DNA from: Myxococcota bacterium
GTDB taxonomy: Bacteria; Myxococcota_A; UBA9160; JAFDDA01
Assembly (NCBI GenBank): GCA_965228475.1
Contig: OZ245817.1
Coordinates: forward strand, 1,792,001-1,856,000
Reading direction: 5' to 3'
Length of the DNA stretch: 64,000 nucleotides
Positions 22,091-31,184 of the stretch are shown here, in pieces. Below the pieces are notes generated by a model, which did no database searches, was not told the origin of the DNA, and worked only from the letters and a program-made list of their open reading frames with translations. Each line of letters opens with the position of its first letter. Within the stretch, counting starts at the first letter, position 1. Both the position numbers and the translations under genes were made by a program.

Positions 22091-23962
22091 CTAGAGCTTC
22101 CGCAGCCACGCCTCGGCGAACTCGAGCCGCTTCTCGAGCTGCGCGGCCGTCGCCTCGGTGATGCGGCGGATGCCGACCTTGCGGTTCAGCTCGGCGTTGA
22201 CGTTGGCGTGGCCTTGCCGCGTGCGATGGACGAGCGCGCGCACGCAGGCGCTGTTCTTCTCGCGGAGCTGGCGCTTCCTCGTGCGCGGGGAGGGCGCCTT
22301 CTCGGGTGGGAGGTCCGGCTCCGGGGTCGGGACGGGGCCCGTGAGCTCCGGGGGCGTGAGCTCGAAGGGCTCGGGTTCGGGCGGCGGCGCTTCTCCGTCG
22401 TCGCCGACGAGCCCGGGGATGGCCTCGCCGTTCTCGGCGGTGGCACCGGGTGCCTCGACCACCGGCGCGGCTTCGAGCGGGTTGCCTTCCTCGTCGAGGG
22501 GGATCGCGCGGATCGCGGCGAAGAGCGAGGGCTGCTCGGCCTCGCGCTCGCCTTCGCGGGCCTCCTCGGGGATGGCGTCGAGACCCTCGTCGTCCTTCGC
22601 GTCCGGCTTGCGCAGGCTGTGGCGGCGCTGCTCGGCGATGCCCGAGGCGAACTTCCGCAGGCGCGGGTCGTCGGGGATGAACATGTAGGCGCGCTGTTCG
22701 CGCCCGGCGTCGGTCATCCGCACGAGGCGCCCGACGGCCTGGCGGAAGAAAAGGTCCGTCACCGTGTTCGTGGCGTAGACGCCGACCTTCAAGCGCGGGA
22801 TGTCGACGCCTTCCGAGACCATGCGCACGGCGACGATCCACGGCTCCGAACCGGCGGTGAAGTCGGCGATGCGCTTCGAGGCGCTCGGGTCGTCCGAGGT
22901 CGCGAGGGTCGCCTTCACGCCGAGTCGCGCGCGCAGCAGGTTCGCGATGCCGCGGGCGTGTTCCTGGTCGATGGCGATCACCATGCCGGCGGCCCGCGGG
23001 TCGCTCCTGCGCAGGTGGAGGACCTGGCGGTGGGCTTTCGTCAGCACGGCCCGCAGCCACTCGCCCTCGAGATCGAGGGCGGTGCGCAGGCGCTGGCTCG
23101 AGAGCGTGCGGGAGAGGGGGTCGTCGAATCCGGCGGCGTGGGTCGTGCCGTCCGGCGAGGTCCACTCCATGTGGCCGTTGATGCGCGGGAAGTAGACGGG
23201 GCGCACGACACGCCCGCCGCGCAGGGCCTCCCCGTAGCCGTACTCGTAGTCCGCGTGGGCTTCGTCGCCGACGTAGCGCACGAAGGGGATCGCGCTCTGG
23301 TCCGAGCGGAACGGGGTGCCCGAGAGGCACAGCCGGACCGGGGCCGTCTCGAAGGCGTGGCGCACTCCGTCGCCCCAGGAGCGTGCGTCGGCGGCGTGGT
23401 GGATCTCGTCGAGTACGACGAAGGCCTGACCGACGAGCTGGCGCAGGGCCCGCGGGTTCGCGGCCACCTGCTGGTAGGTCACCGCCACGCCGTGGACGTC
23501 CGAGGGGAGCGCGCCGTCGCCGGCGGACCACTCCGGGTCGAGGTGGATGTCGAAGCCCTCGGCCGCGAGGGCCCACTGGAGCTTCAGGTGCTGGGTCGGG
23601 ACGCAGACGACCAGCCGCCGCGCCTGCCGCGCCACGAGCGCCCGCCGCGCCGCCGCGAGGGCGAAGGAGGTCTTCCCGGCGCCGGGCGTCGCGACGGCCA
23701 GGAAGCTCGGGTGAACGCGGGCTTCGAACTTTTCGAGTGCTTCCCGCTGCCACGCGCGGAAACGGATGGGCGCCGCCAAACTTCCTGCAAGCCCTGTCGA
23801 AGGCGTCGCCGCAGCGGTCGGCGCGCTCGCTCTGTGCCGGGCGCGGAGGGGCGCTCGACGGGTCCGGAGGGGGGAGGGCGAGACTAGCCCGTCCGGCCGC
23901 GGATCTTCAGGGAAAACGGGCCGCGAGGTGGCCGAGCTGCGACTTCGAACGGTGTTTGGCAC
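22091..23962 (-). CDS. SF2 DEAD/DEAH-box helicase (ResIII-like); true start probably further downstream, e.g. TTG at 23779
   Basis: RAWQ Q-motif, ATPGAGKT, LDEIHH, LSGTPFRSD, VRMVSEGVDIPRL, QAVGRLVR. Confidence 0.9.
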   Translation of the reverse strand: MPNTVRSRSSATSRPVFPEDPRPDGLVSPSPLRTRRAPLRARHRASAPTAAATPSTGLAGSLAAPIRFRAWQREALEKFEARVHPSFLAVATPGAGKTSFALAAARRALVARQARRLVVCVPTQHLKLQWALAAEGFDIHLDPEWSAGDGALPSDVHGVAVTYQQVAANPRALRQLVGQAFVVLDEIHHAADARSWGDGVRHAFETAPVRLCLSGTPFRSDQSAIPFVRYVGDEAHADYEYGYGEALRGGRVVRPVYFPRINGHMEWTSPDGTTHAAGFDDPLSRTLSSQRLRTALDLEGEWLRAVLTKAHRQVLHLRRSDPRAAGMVIAIDQEHARGIANLLRARLGVKATLATSDDPSASKRIADFTAGSEPWIVAVRMVSEGVDIPRLKVGVYATNTVTDLFFRQAVGRLVRMTDAGREQRAYMFIPDDPRLRKFASGIAEQRRHSLRKPDAKDDEGLDAIPEEAREGEREAEQPSLFAAIRAIPLDEEGNPLEAAPVVEAPGATAENGEAIPGLVGDDGEAPPPEPEPFELTPPELTGPVPTPEPDLPPEKAPSPRTRKRQLREKNSACVRALVHRTRQGHANVNAELNRKVGIRRITEATAAQLEKRLEFAEAWLRKL

Positions 23963-23971
23963 CCGCCGCCT

Positions 23972-24889
23972 TCAGACCTTCCGTGCGACCTCCGCCAGGA
24001 CCGTCCGCAGCCAGCGGTGCCCCGGGTCTTCCGAGACGCGCGGGTGCCAGGCCGCGACCATCTCGACGGGCGCGCGCGGGACCGGCCCCGCTACGACGCG
24101 CAGGTCTTTCCGGCCGCGAACGAGCCGCTCGGGTCCCGTGCAGAGCAGGTCGCTTCCGACGAGCAGGTCGGGAACCAGGGAGAAGCTGGGCACGGAGACC
24201 CGCACCTCGCGCGCCTTGCCTCGCGCCGCGAGGGTCTCGTCGACGGGGCCGGTGAAACCGCCGCCCGAAGGCGAGACCACGAGGTGGTCGTAGCGGCAGA
24301 AGTCGGCGAGCGTGATCCGTCGCTTCTTCGCGAGCGGGTGCTTCGCGCACATCGCCAGCACGTAGCGTTCCTTCATCAGCTTCTGCGAGGCGAGTTCCCG
24401 CGGGAGGTAGCCTTCGACGGAGATGGCGAGGTCGAAGGCGCCGCGCGCAAGCTGGTCCGCCACGGTCTCGAACGCGAGGGGATGCACGGCGACGCGCAGC
24501 CGCGGTGCCTCGCGGCGCAGCCTTCGCAACAGGGCGCCGAGCAGCACGTGCTGGGTGTAGTCCGTCGCGGCGAGCGTGGCGGTGGCATCCCAGCGCGAGG
24601 GGTCGAAGGGTCCGGGGGTGACGAGACCCCGCGCCTCGGCGATCCACGCCTTCAGGGGTGCGGCCATGGCCTCGGCGCGCGGCGTGGGCAGGATGCCCTG
24701 CTGGGTGCGCACGAAGAGCGGGTCGTCGAGGGCCGTCCGCAGCCGGGAGAGGATCCCGCTGACCGTCGATTGCGTGAGGCTCAGGCGCTTCGCCGCCCGG
24801 GTGACGCTGCGCTCTTCGAGCAGGACGTCGAGCACGGGGAGGAGGTTCAGGTCGAGGGCACGGATATCGGAATCCACGATGTTCTCCAT
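23972..24889 (-). CDS. LysR-family transcriptional regulator
   Basis: LDLNLL...ERSVTRAAKRLSLTQSTVS..LSRLR...DDPLFVR HTH plus substrate-binding domain. Confidence 0.95.
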   Translation of the reverse strand: MENIVDSDIRALDLNLLPVLDVLLEERSVTRAAKRLSLTQSTVSGILSRLRTALDDPLFVRTQQGILPTPRAEAMAAPLKAWIAEARGLVTPGPFDPSRWDATATLAATDYTQHVLLGALLRRLRREAPRLRVAVHPLAFETVADQLARGAFDLAISVEGYLPRELASQKLMKERYVLAMCAKHPLAKKRRITLADFCRYDHLVVSPSGGGFTGPVDETLAARGKAREVRVSVPSFSLVPDLLVGSDLLCTGPERLVRGRKDLRVVAGPVPRAPVEMVAAWHPRVSEDPGHRWLRTVLAEVARKV

Positions 24890-24896
24890 CCAAAAG

Positions 24897-24911
24897 ATCC
24901 GTTGGACGGAT
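24897..24911. promoter_or_regulatory. LysR recognition box (ATC-N9-GAT)
   Basis: Dyad ATCCGT-TGG-ACGGAT between the divergent lysR and dehydrogenase genes. Confidence 0.7.
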
Positions 24912-24961
24912 AGCCGAAGGCGGCCGACACTGCCGCGAGGAAGGCGCCCCCGAGGAACCCC

Positions 24962-25987
24962 ATGCGACAGCTCACCTGTACGGCGCCGGGCCAGATCGAA
25001 TGGCGCGAGGTCGCGACTCCCCGGCTCGCATCCGACGTCGAAGCCCTCGTGCGCCCGATCGCCGTGGCCCGCTGCGACATCGATCTCTTCCTGACCCGGG
25101 GTGCCTTCGGTGTGGCCGAGCCCTTCGCGCTCGGCCACGAATGCGTCGGGGAGATCGAGGCGCTCGGGGACGCCGTGCGCGGCCTCGAGGTCGGACAGCG
25201 GGTCGTCGTCTCCTTCCAGGTGAGCTGCGGCGCCTGCGGTTCGTGCCGGTCCGGCCACACCGCGAACTGCGATCGCATGCCGACGCTTTCGGACTACGGC
25301 ATGCAGCCGCTGTCCGGCGTCGAGTACGGGGGCATGCTCTCGGACCGGATCCGCGTCCCCTTCGCCGAGGCGATGCTCTGCCCGGTTCCCGACGCGGTGC
25401 CGACGTCCGCCCTCGCGAGCGTCTCGGACAACGTTCTCGACGGCTACCGGACGGTCGCGCCGCACCTGGCCGAACGGCCGGGGAGCCCGGTGCTCGTCGT
25501 GAGCCACGGCGTGCCGAGCATTCCGCTCTACGCGGCGCAGACGGCTCTCGCCCTCGGCGCGTCGCGCGTCGATTTCGCCTGCAGCGACCCGGCCGCCCTC
25601 GATCTCGCCCGGCGGCTCGGCTGCAACCTGATCGAGACCGACTTCGGGAGGCCCGACGGGCGCTATCCGATCGTGGTGGACGCCGGGCTCTCGAAGGAGG
25701 GCCTCGCCTACGCGATCCGCGCCACCGAACCCGAGGGCACCCTGCAGAGCGCGAGCTTTTATCCCGGCGGCGACGTCCCGATTCCGATGGGTCGTCTCTA
25801 CACGCTCGGGATCCGCCTGTTCGTCGGGCGCTGCCACGCCTGTGCGCTGATGCCCGAAGTGATCGGTCTGATCGAGGCCGGACGCCTGCGCCCCGCGGAC
25901 GTCGTCACCGAGACCGTCTCCTGGGAGGACGCGCCCGCGGCCTTCCCCGAGCCGGCGATCAAGCTCGTCCTCACGCCGGACGCCTAG
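24962..25987 (+). CDS. Zinc-dependent alcohol dehydrogenase (MDR family)
   Basis: ARCDID, GHECVG, structural zinc motif CGACGSC...C. Confidence 0.92.
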   Translation: MRQLTCTAPGQIEWREVATPRLASDVEALVRPIAVARCDIDLFLTRGAFGVAEPFALGHECVGEIEALGDAVRGLEVGQRVVVSFQVSCGACGSCRSGHTANCDRMPTLSDYGMQPLSGVEYGGMLSDRIRVPFAEAMLCPVPDAVPTSALASVSDNVLDGYRTVAPHLAERPGSPVLVVSHGVPSIPLYAAQTALALGASRVDFACSDPAALDLARRLGCNLIETDFGRPDGRYPIVVDAGLSKEGLAYAIRATEPEGTLQSASFYPGGDVPIPMGRLYTLGIRLFVGRCHACALMPEVIGLIEAGRLRPADVVTETVSWEDAPAAFPEPAIKLVLTPDA

Positions 25988-26094
25988 AACCCCTTCGATT
26001 CCAGCGGCTTCGGCCGGGCAACCGGACCGCCCTTCGGGGCGACCCAAAGAGACCGGCCTCGCGTAGAGTGAGCCGCCGGGGGACAGGAGGTTCC

Positions 26095-26877
26095 ATGCCG
26101 AGCACGCTTTCGAGACGACGCTGGCTTCCGGGCTTCATCCTGTGCGCGGGGTTCGCTTTGCCGGGCGCGGCCGCCGCGAACGAACCGCACGTCACGATCC
26201 AGACGAAGATCGTCGAGGTCGACCGCTCGGCCCTCGATGCGTTCGGCGTCGACTTCGGCCGGAAGGGCTATCGCCTGACGGGGCGCAAGTTTTCCGGTCT
26301 TCCGATGCTCGGGCCCCTGCTCGACGGGCCCGGCGTGCTCGCCGATCCGAGCGCCGTCACGCGCAGCGGCCAGGCCGCGACCCTCGAGGTCGACGGCGCG
26401 GAGCTCGGCCTCGCGAACGAGGGCCTCACCCTCGACGTCGTCCCGACCGTGAGCGGTGACGGCGGCTTCATCCAGCTGAACGTGGTGCTCCGCCTGAGCG
26501 GCGTCCCCGGTTCGCAGTCCCCGCCGGTGGCGACGCGGGTGCGCGCGGACGTCGTGAACGGGGGCTCGGTCGTGATCGGCGGCGCCTTTGCGGCGACCGC
26601 GGAGGCGGGCGGCCCCGTGCCGGCGCTCGCGAAGGTGCCGATCCTCGGGCGGCTCTTCCGCAGCGCGCCCGCGGAGCGCCAGGAGGATTCGCTGATCGTC
26701 ATCATCACGCCCTGGCTCGTCGATCTCGACGGCCGACGCGCCGCGTCCCCCGGCCATCGACCCCAGATCGACCCGAACGTCTCGGCGCCGCGCGTCCCGG
26801 TGAACACCCCCGGGCACCCGCAGCAGGGCGGCTACCGCTACGGGCCGCCGCCCCCGGGCTGGAAGGGTGCGCGCTAG
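26095..26877 (+). CDS. Stand-alone secretin C-terminal domain protein (type II/III secretion secretin family)
   Basis: AGGAGG RBS; signal peptide; VTIQTKIVEV, GLTLDVVPTV, VVIGG, VPILGRLF, LIVIITP. Confidence 0.78.
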   Translation: MPSTLSRRRWLPGFILCAGFALPGAAAANEPHVTIQTKIVEVDRSALDAFGVDFGRKGYRLTGRKFSGLPMLGPLLDGPGVLADPSAVTRSGQAATLEVDGAELGLANEGLTLDVVPTVSGDGGFIQLNVVLRLSGVPGSQSPPVATRVRADVVNGGSVVIGGAFAATAEAGGPVPALAKVPILGRLFRSAPAERQEDSLIVIITPWLVDLDGRRAASPGHRPQIDPNVSAPRVPVNTPGHPQQGGYRYGPPPPGWKGAR

Positions 26878-26908
26878 GCGCGAGAGCTTGGGCGCCGTGG
26901 CGCGGCGC

Positions 26909-27742
26909 TCAGCCGTCGAGGTTCGTGATGCGGCGGATGATCGCGTCGGCCGCCCGGGTCGGCAGGAACCTGGCGATCGCCACGAACGCGACGCCCGGAA
27001 AGGCCGGCACGGTGTAGCGGGCCCGCGGCCGCTCGGTGTGAACGGCTTTCTGGATCGTCGCCAGGACCGGCTCGGGTCCGATGCCGTCCTCGACCAGCTT
27101 CTTGTGCCAGGCGATGATGCGCTCGATGGCCGGGCGGTAGAGCGGGGACGCCTCGGCGTAGCCCTCGAGCATGGCGTCCTCGTGGTTCGCGAAGCCCGTC
27201 TTCACCGCGCCCGGCGCGATCACCACGACGTCGATGCCCTGTTCGCGCAGCTCGAGGCGGAGCGTGCGGGAGATGTTCTCGAGGGCGTGCTTCGACGAGT
27301 AGTAGGGAGCGAAGAACGGCGCGTAGACGCTCCCGGCGATCGAGGACACGTTGACGATGCGCCCGCGCGACGCCTTGCGCAGCAGGGGAAGCGCCGCCTG
27401 GGTGACGCCGATCGTCCCGAACACGTTGGTGTCGAACTGGGCCTTCCAGTCTTCGAGCGCCACGAGTTCGACGGGGCCCGCCGCGCCGTAACCCGCGTTG
27501 TTCACGAGAACGTCGACGGCGCCGCCCTCGGCGGCCGCTTCGAGGCGCGGGCCGAGGGCCTCGAGGCTCTCGGTGCTCGAGATGTCGCAGGCGAGGCCGG
27601 TGAAACCCGGGAGCTCCTTTTCGAGGCTCCGGAGGTTCTCCTCGTTGCGGGCGATCCCGATGACCCGGTGCCCCTCCGCGCAGAACGCGCGGACGCAGGA
27701 CAGGCCGATGCCGGCCGTGGCTCCCGTGAGGACGATTCGCAT
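26909..27742 (-). CDS. SDR family oxidoreductase
   Basis: TGATAGIG, NNAG, YYSSK. Confidence 0.95.
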   Translation of the reverse strand: MRIVLTGATAGIGLSCVRAFCAEGHRVIGIARNEENLRSLEKELPGFTGLACDISSTESLEALGPRLEAAAEGGAVDVLVNNAGYGAAGPVELVALEDWKAQFDTNVFGTIGVTQAALPLLRKASRGRIVNVSSIAGSVYAPFFAPYYSSKHALENISRTLRLELREQGIDVVVIAPGAVKTGFANHEDAMLEGYAEASPLYRPAIERIIAWHKKLVEDGIGPEPVLATIQKAVHTERPRARYTVPAFPGVAFVAIARFLPTRAADAIIRRITNLDG

Positions 27743-27743
27743 G

Positions 27744-28460
27744 TCAGTTCTCCTTCGCTGCGGCGGAGGCGAGGGCCTTCGCCTGGCGTCGCTTCTGGGC
27801 TGCGGCGAGCTCCTCGATCCGCGGCAGCGTCTCGCCCCAGGCCGTACGCAGGGAGCCCTGGTAGGCGGCGTCGCTCAGCGACGCGAGCTCTTTCGCCTGC
27901 TCGACGGCGAGGCGTTCGAGATCCTCGGGGGCGACGATCGCGTCGAGGAAGCCGGCCGCCGCGCCCTCCTCGGGCCCGAAGATCCGGCCGAGCGCGGTCG
28001 CGGCGTGGAAGCGCCGGCGGTCGAGCCGCATCCGGGCGAGCAGGGCCGGAAGCTCCGGGAGGGGCATGCCGAGCCCCGGCTCGGTGAAGCCGATCTTGTA
28101 GTGGCCGGGCGTGCCGAGCCGCACGTCCGAGATGAGCAGCAGCATCGCCCCGGCGGCGACCGCGTGGCCTTCGCACGCCGCGACGATGCGCGTCGGCCCG
28201 GCGAGCGCCGAGGAGAGGACCTCGCCCATGGCGGCGAGCAGGCTCTCGCGCTCGACTGCGCTCGCCGCGAGGGTCGCGTTGTCGAGTCCGACGCAGAACC
28301 CGTCGGGCTTGCCGAGCAGGACCACGGCGGGCGCCTCGGGGTCCGGCGCCAGCGCTTCCCCGAGCGCCTCGACGACGTCGAGCGTGAGGGCGTTGCGCTT
28401 GCCGGTGTCGAGCCGGACGAGCCGCACGGGGGCGCGGCGTTCGACCTGGGCGGAACTCAT
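27744..28460 (-). CDS. Enoyl-CoA hydratase/isomerase family protein
   Basis: KRNAL, FCVGLD, GHAVAAGAMLLL, IGFTE. Confidence 0.9.
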   Translation of the reverse strand: MSSAQVERRAPVRLVRLDTGKRNALTLDVVEALGEALAPDPEAPAVVLLGKPDGFCVGLDNATLAASAVERESLLAAMGEVLSSALAGPTRIVAACEGHAVAAGAMLLLISDVRLGTPGHYKIGFTEPGLGMPLPELPALLARMRLDRRRFHAATALGRIFGPEEGAAAGFLDAIVAPEDLERLAVEQAKELASLSDAAYQGSLRTAWGETLPRIEELAAAQKRRQAKALASAAAKEN

Positions 28461-28525
28461 CGGTTCTCCTCCTGGGGCGGGGTTCCGTGAGGATCCCCGC
28501 GGTCCAGGCCCCGGTCAAACCGGGC

Positions 28526-29545
28526 TCAGACGGCGCCGTACTCGATCAGCGTCTCGGCGCTCGCGCGGATGGACTCGTCGGCGCCGATCAGGTCGCGGCC
28601 GAGGAGCTTCCGCACCTTCTCCGAGGAGAGGATCCGCTGCTTGTGGAGCTCCGAGGCGATGGTCGCGACTTCGCTGTTCACGAGGGCGAGCGCGCGCACG
28701 AGGAAGTCGGGCATGCCCCGGCTCGGGATCTTCTTGCGATCGGGGTAGGCCGAGCGCAGGACGGCCGCCATCTGCTTCATGGTGCGGAAGGCGTCGGCCA
28801 CGATGTAGCGCTCGCCGATGGCCGCGGGGTCGTTCATCGCGGCGATGTGCGCGGCGGAGACGTCGCGCACGTCCACGATCTGGATGCCCGCGTTCGGGAG
28901 CAGCGGCAGCCGTCCGTCGAGCATGCGCGCCACGATGTCGACGGAGGTCTTGACCTGGGAGCTCCGGATCGGGCCGAACACGCCGACGGGGTTGATCGCG
29001 GTGAGTTCGAGGCCCCGGCCGTCGCCCGCCACGTAGTCCCAGGCCGCGCGCTCGGCGAGGGTCTTCGAGGCGATGTACGGCCGACAGTCCGGCGTGTAGG
29101 TCGCATCCGTCCAGTCGGCTTCGGTGAACTGTTCCGGCAGCGGGCCCCGACAGCCGTAGGCCACCGCCGCGCCCGAGGACGTGAGCACCACGCGGTTCAC
29201 GCCCGCCGTCTTCGCCGCGCGCAGCACGCGCAGGGCGCCGTCGCGCGCCGGCCGGATCAGCTCCTGCGGATCCTTGGGCACCGCCATCGGGAAGGGCGAT
29301 GCGAGGTGGTGGATCACGTCGACGCCCGCGACCGCTTCGGCCCAGCCGGCGTCGCTCTCGAGGTCCGCTTCGACCAGCTCGATCTTCGCGGCGCGCGCGG
29401 CGTGGGGGGCGAGGGCGGCCTTCAGGGCGTCGCCCTTGGCGAGGGAGCGGACGGTCCCGCGGACGTCGTGGCCCTGCTCGAGCAGGTCGAGGATCAGCTG
29501 CTGGGCGATGAAGCCCGAGGCTCCGGTGACGAGGGTCTTGGCCAT
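28526..29545 (-). CDS. NAD-dependent epimerase/dehydratase (aldehyde reductase-like extended SDR)
   Basis: TGASGFIA, HLASP, TSS, YIASKTLAE, VDVRDV. Confidence 0.93.
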   Translation of the reverse strand: MAKTLVTGASGFIAQQLILDLLEQGHDVRGTVRSLAKGDALKAALAPHAARAAKIELVEADLESDAGWAEAVAGVDVIHHLASPFPMAVPKDPQELIRPARDGALRVLRAAKTAGVNRVVLTSSGAAVAYGCRGPLPEQFTEADWTDATYTPDCRPYIASKTLAERAAWDYVAGDGRGLELTAINPVGVFGPIRSSQVKTSVDIVARMLDGRLPLLPNAGIQIVDVRDVSAAHIAAMNDPAAIGERYIVADAFRTMKQMAAVLRSAYPDRKKIPSRGMPDFLVRALALVNSEVATIASELHKQRILSSEKVRKLLGRDLIGADESIRASAETLIEYGAV

Positions 29546-29575
29546 GGGGAATCCTCCTGGGGCGGCAGGGCGCTG

Positions 29576-29619
29576 CCGACCGATGGTCAGTAATTAAATG
29601 ACCATTGGTCGGTTGTCAA
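29576..29619 (-). promoter_or_regulatory. Double TetR-type operator overlapping the promoter of the epimerase operon
   Basis: CCGACCGATGGTCA (29576-29589) and TGACCATTGGTCGG (29599-29612) are inverted at 13/14 positions; perfect TTGACA on the minus strand at 29619-29614; AT-rich patch between the two operators. Confidence 0.8.
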
Positions 29620-29652
29620 TCCCCGCCCGGACGGGAATACTCTGCCCGAGCC

Positions 29653-30318
29653 ATGGCCGAAGACACCGCGAGACCCCGGTTCCAGCGCGCCCGCCGCGAG
29701 GCGGAGAAGGCCGAGCGCCGCGCGGCCATCCTCGGCGCCGCCGGGGCGCTCCTCGCCGCGACGGGCTTCGAGGGGTTCTCGATGTCGGTGCTGGCCAGGA
29801 AGAGCGGGATCGCCAAGGGCACGCTCTACCTCTACTTCGAGACGCGCGAGGAGGTGCTGCTCGCGCTCTTCGTCGAGAAGCTCGCCGCCTTCAACCGGGC
29901 GCTCCTCGCCCGGCTCGAGCCCGGCATGGCCGACGAGGCCTTCGCCCGGGCCTTCCAGGAGGCCTCGGCGGGGGACCCGGCGTTCCTCGCCCTGCGTGCG
30001 CGGCTCGAGAGCGTGATCGAGCACAACGTCTCCCTCGAGCGCCTGGTCGAGGCGAAGCGCGCCATGCGTTCCGTGGTGGAGGCGCTCGCTCCCCGCGTCG
30101 AGGAGGTGCTCGGCCTCGCGCCGGGCACCGGCGCGCCCCTCGTCGTCTGCCTGGGGGCGCTTCACGTCGGTGCCGCGCAGTCCGAGACCGGCCCTGCAGC
30201 GGCCGGACTCGATCTCCCCGAAGACGTGGCCGAGTTCATGAATCTCCACCGCGAGCTCGACGTCTTTCGAGAGGCTGCGCCGATGATCATCGCCGGCATG
30301 CGCCGCGGGGCCGGTTAA
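29653..30318 (+). CDS. TetR/AcrR-family regulator
   Basis: FQRARR...AILGAA...GFEGFSM..LA..SGIAKGTLYLYFETREE. Confidence 0.95.
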   Translation: MAEDTARPRFQRARREAEKAERRAAILGAAGALLAATGFEGFSMSVLARKSGIAKGTLYLYFETREEVLLALFVEKLAAFNRALLARLEPGMADEAFARAFQEASAGDPAFLALRARLESVIEHNVSLERLVEAKRAMRSVVEALAPRVEEVLGLAPGTGAPLVVCLGALHVGAAQSETGPAAAGLDLPEDVAEFMNLHRELDVFREAAPMIIAGMRRGAG

Positions 30319-30371
30319 GGCACTCGCGGCAGGCGGCCGGTACCCTGACCGGCCTGCCAAGGAGGGCTCCC

Positions 30372-31175
30372 ATGAACGTTCTTTCCCGACCCCCGATCCT
30401 GCTCGCTCTCGGCCTGGCCGCGAGCCTCTTCTTCGTCGCACCGGCTGCCGACGCCGAGGACACCCGGATCCGCATGCCCGGAGGTCTCCAGACGGCGCCC
30501 CTCGAGACGCCGGAGAAGGTCAAGGAGATCTCGCCCAGCGAGGAGATCCAGCGGCGGACGACTCCCGTGCTGCCCGAGCGGCCCTCGGGACTCACGCCGA
30601 AGCTCCCGACCGCCCCCGAGCTTCCGACCGGCCGGAGCCCCCTCGGCCTGAAGTCCCGCACCGACATGCCCGGCGGCGACCGCTTCAAGGCGCCGAACCT
30701 GCCGAACCGGGGGCCGGGCCACGCCAGGCCCGGCGAGCTTCTGGGCCGCGGCTTCATGGGCAACCTCCAGAACTGCGTGCCCGCCTCGAACTGTTACGGC
30801 GGCAGCAAGCCCTGCTACCGCGAGGTGTCCCAGGGCGACCCGATCGTTTCGCTCGTGGGCATCGCCGGCGGCGGCAGCCCGGTTCAGCAGAAGGCCGCCT
30901 TCCGCATCCGCCTGTGCACGAGCGACAGCGACCCGGTCTGCGAGGACGCGAGCGACGACCAGCGGCTGAACTACAGCGTCTTCAACCACGCGAACGCCGA
31001 CCCGTACGTGCTGGCGCTCCAGCTCTCGACGAGCGGCGCGACCGACACCGGCCCCTACACCGAGATCGGCCCGCACAACTTCCTCGGCGTGGTCTGCTTG
31101 AACGGCGACCAGCCCTGCCGCTTCGCCTGGCAATACTGCGAACTCCCGCCGAACGACCCGGGGCAGACGCAGTAG
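30372..31175 (+). CDS. Hypothetical secreted protein (Pro-rich linker, Cys-rich C-terminal domain)
   Basis: AAGGAGG RBS; signal peptide; eight Cys in the C-terminal ~135 aa. Confidence 0.75.
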   Translation: MNVLSRPPILLALGLAASLFFVAPAADAEDTRIRMPGGLQTAPLETPEKVKEISPSEEIQRRTTPVLPERPSGLTPKLPTAPELPTGRSPLGLKSRTDMPGGDRFKAPNLPNRGPGHARPGELLGRGFMGNLQNCVPASNCYGGSKPCYREVSQGDPIVSLVGIAGGGSPVQQKAAFRIRLCTSDSDPVCEDASDDQRLNYSVFNHANADPYVLALQLSTSGATDTGPYTEIGPHNFLGVVCLNGDQPCRFAWQYCELPPNDPGQTQ

Positions 31176-31184
31176 AATCTCGCC

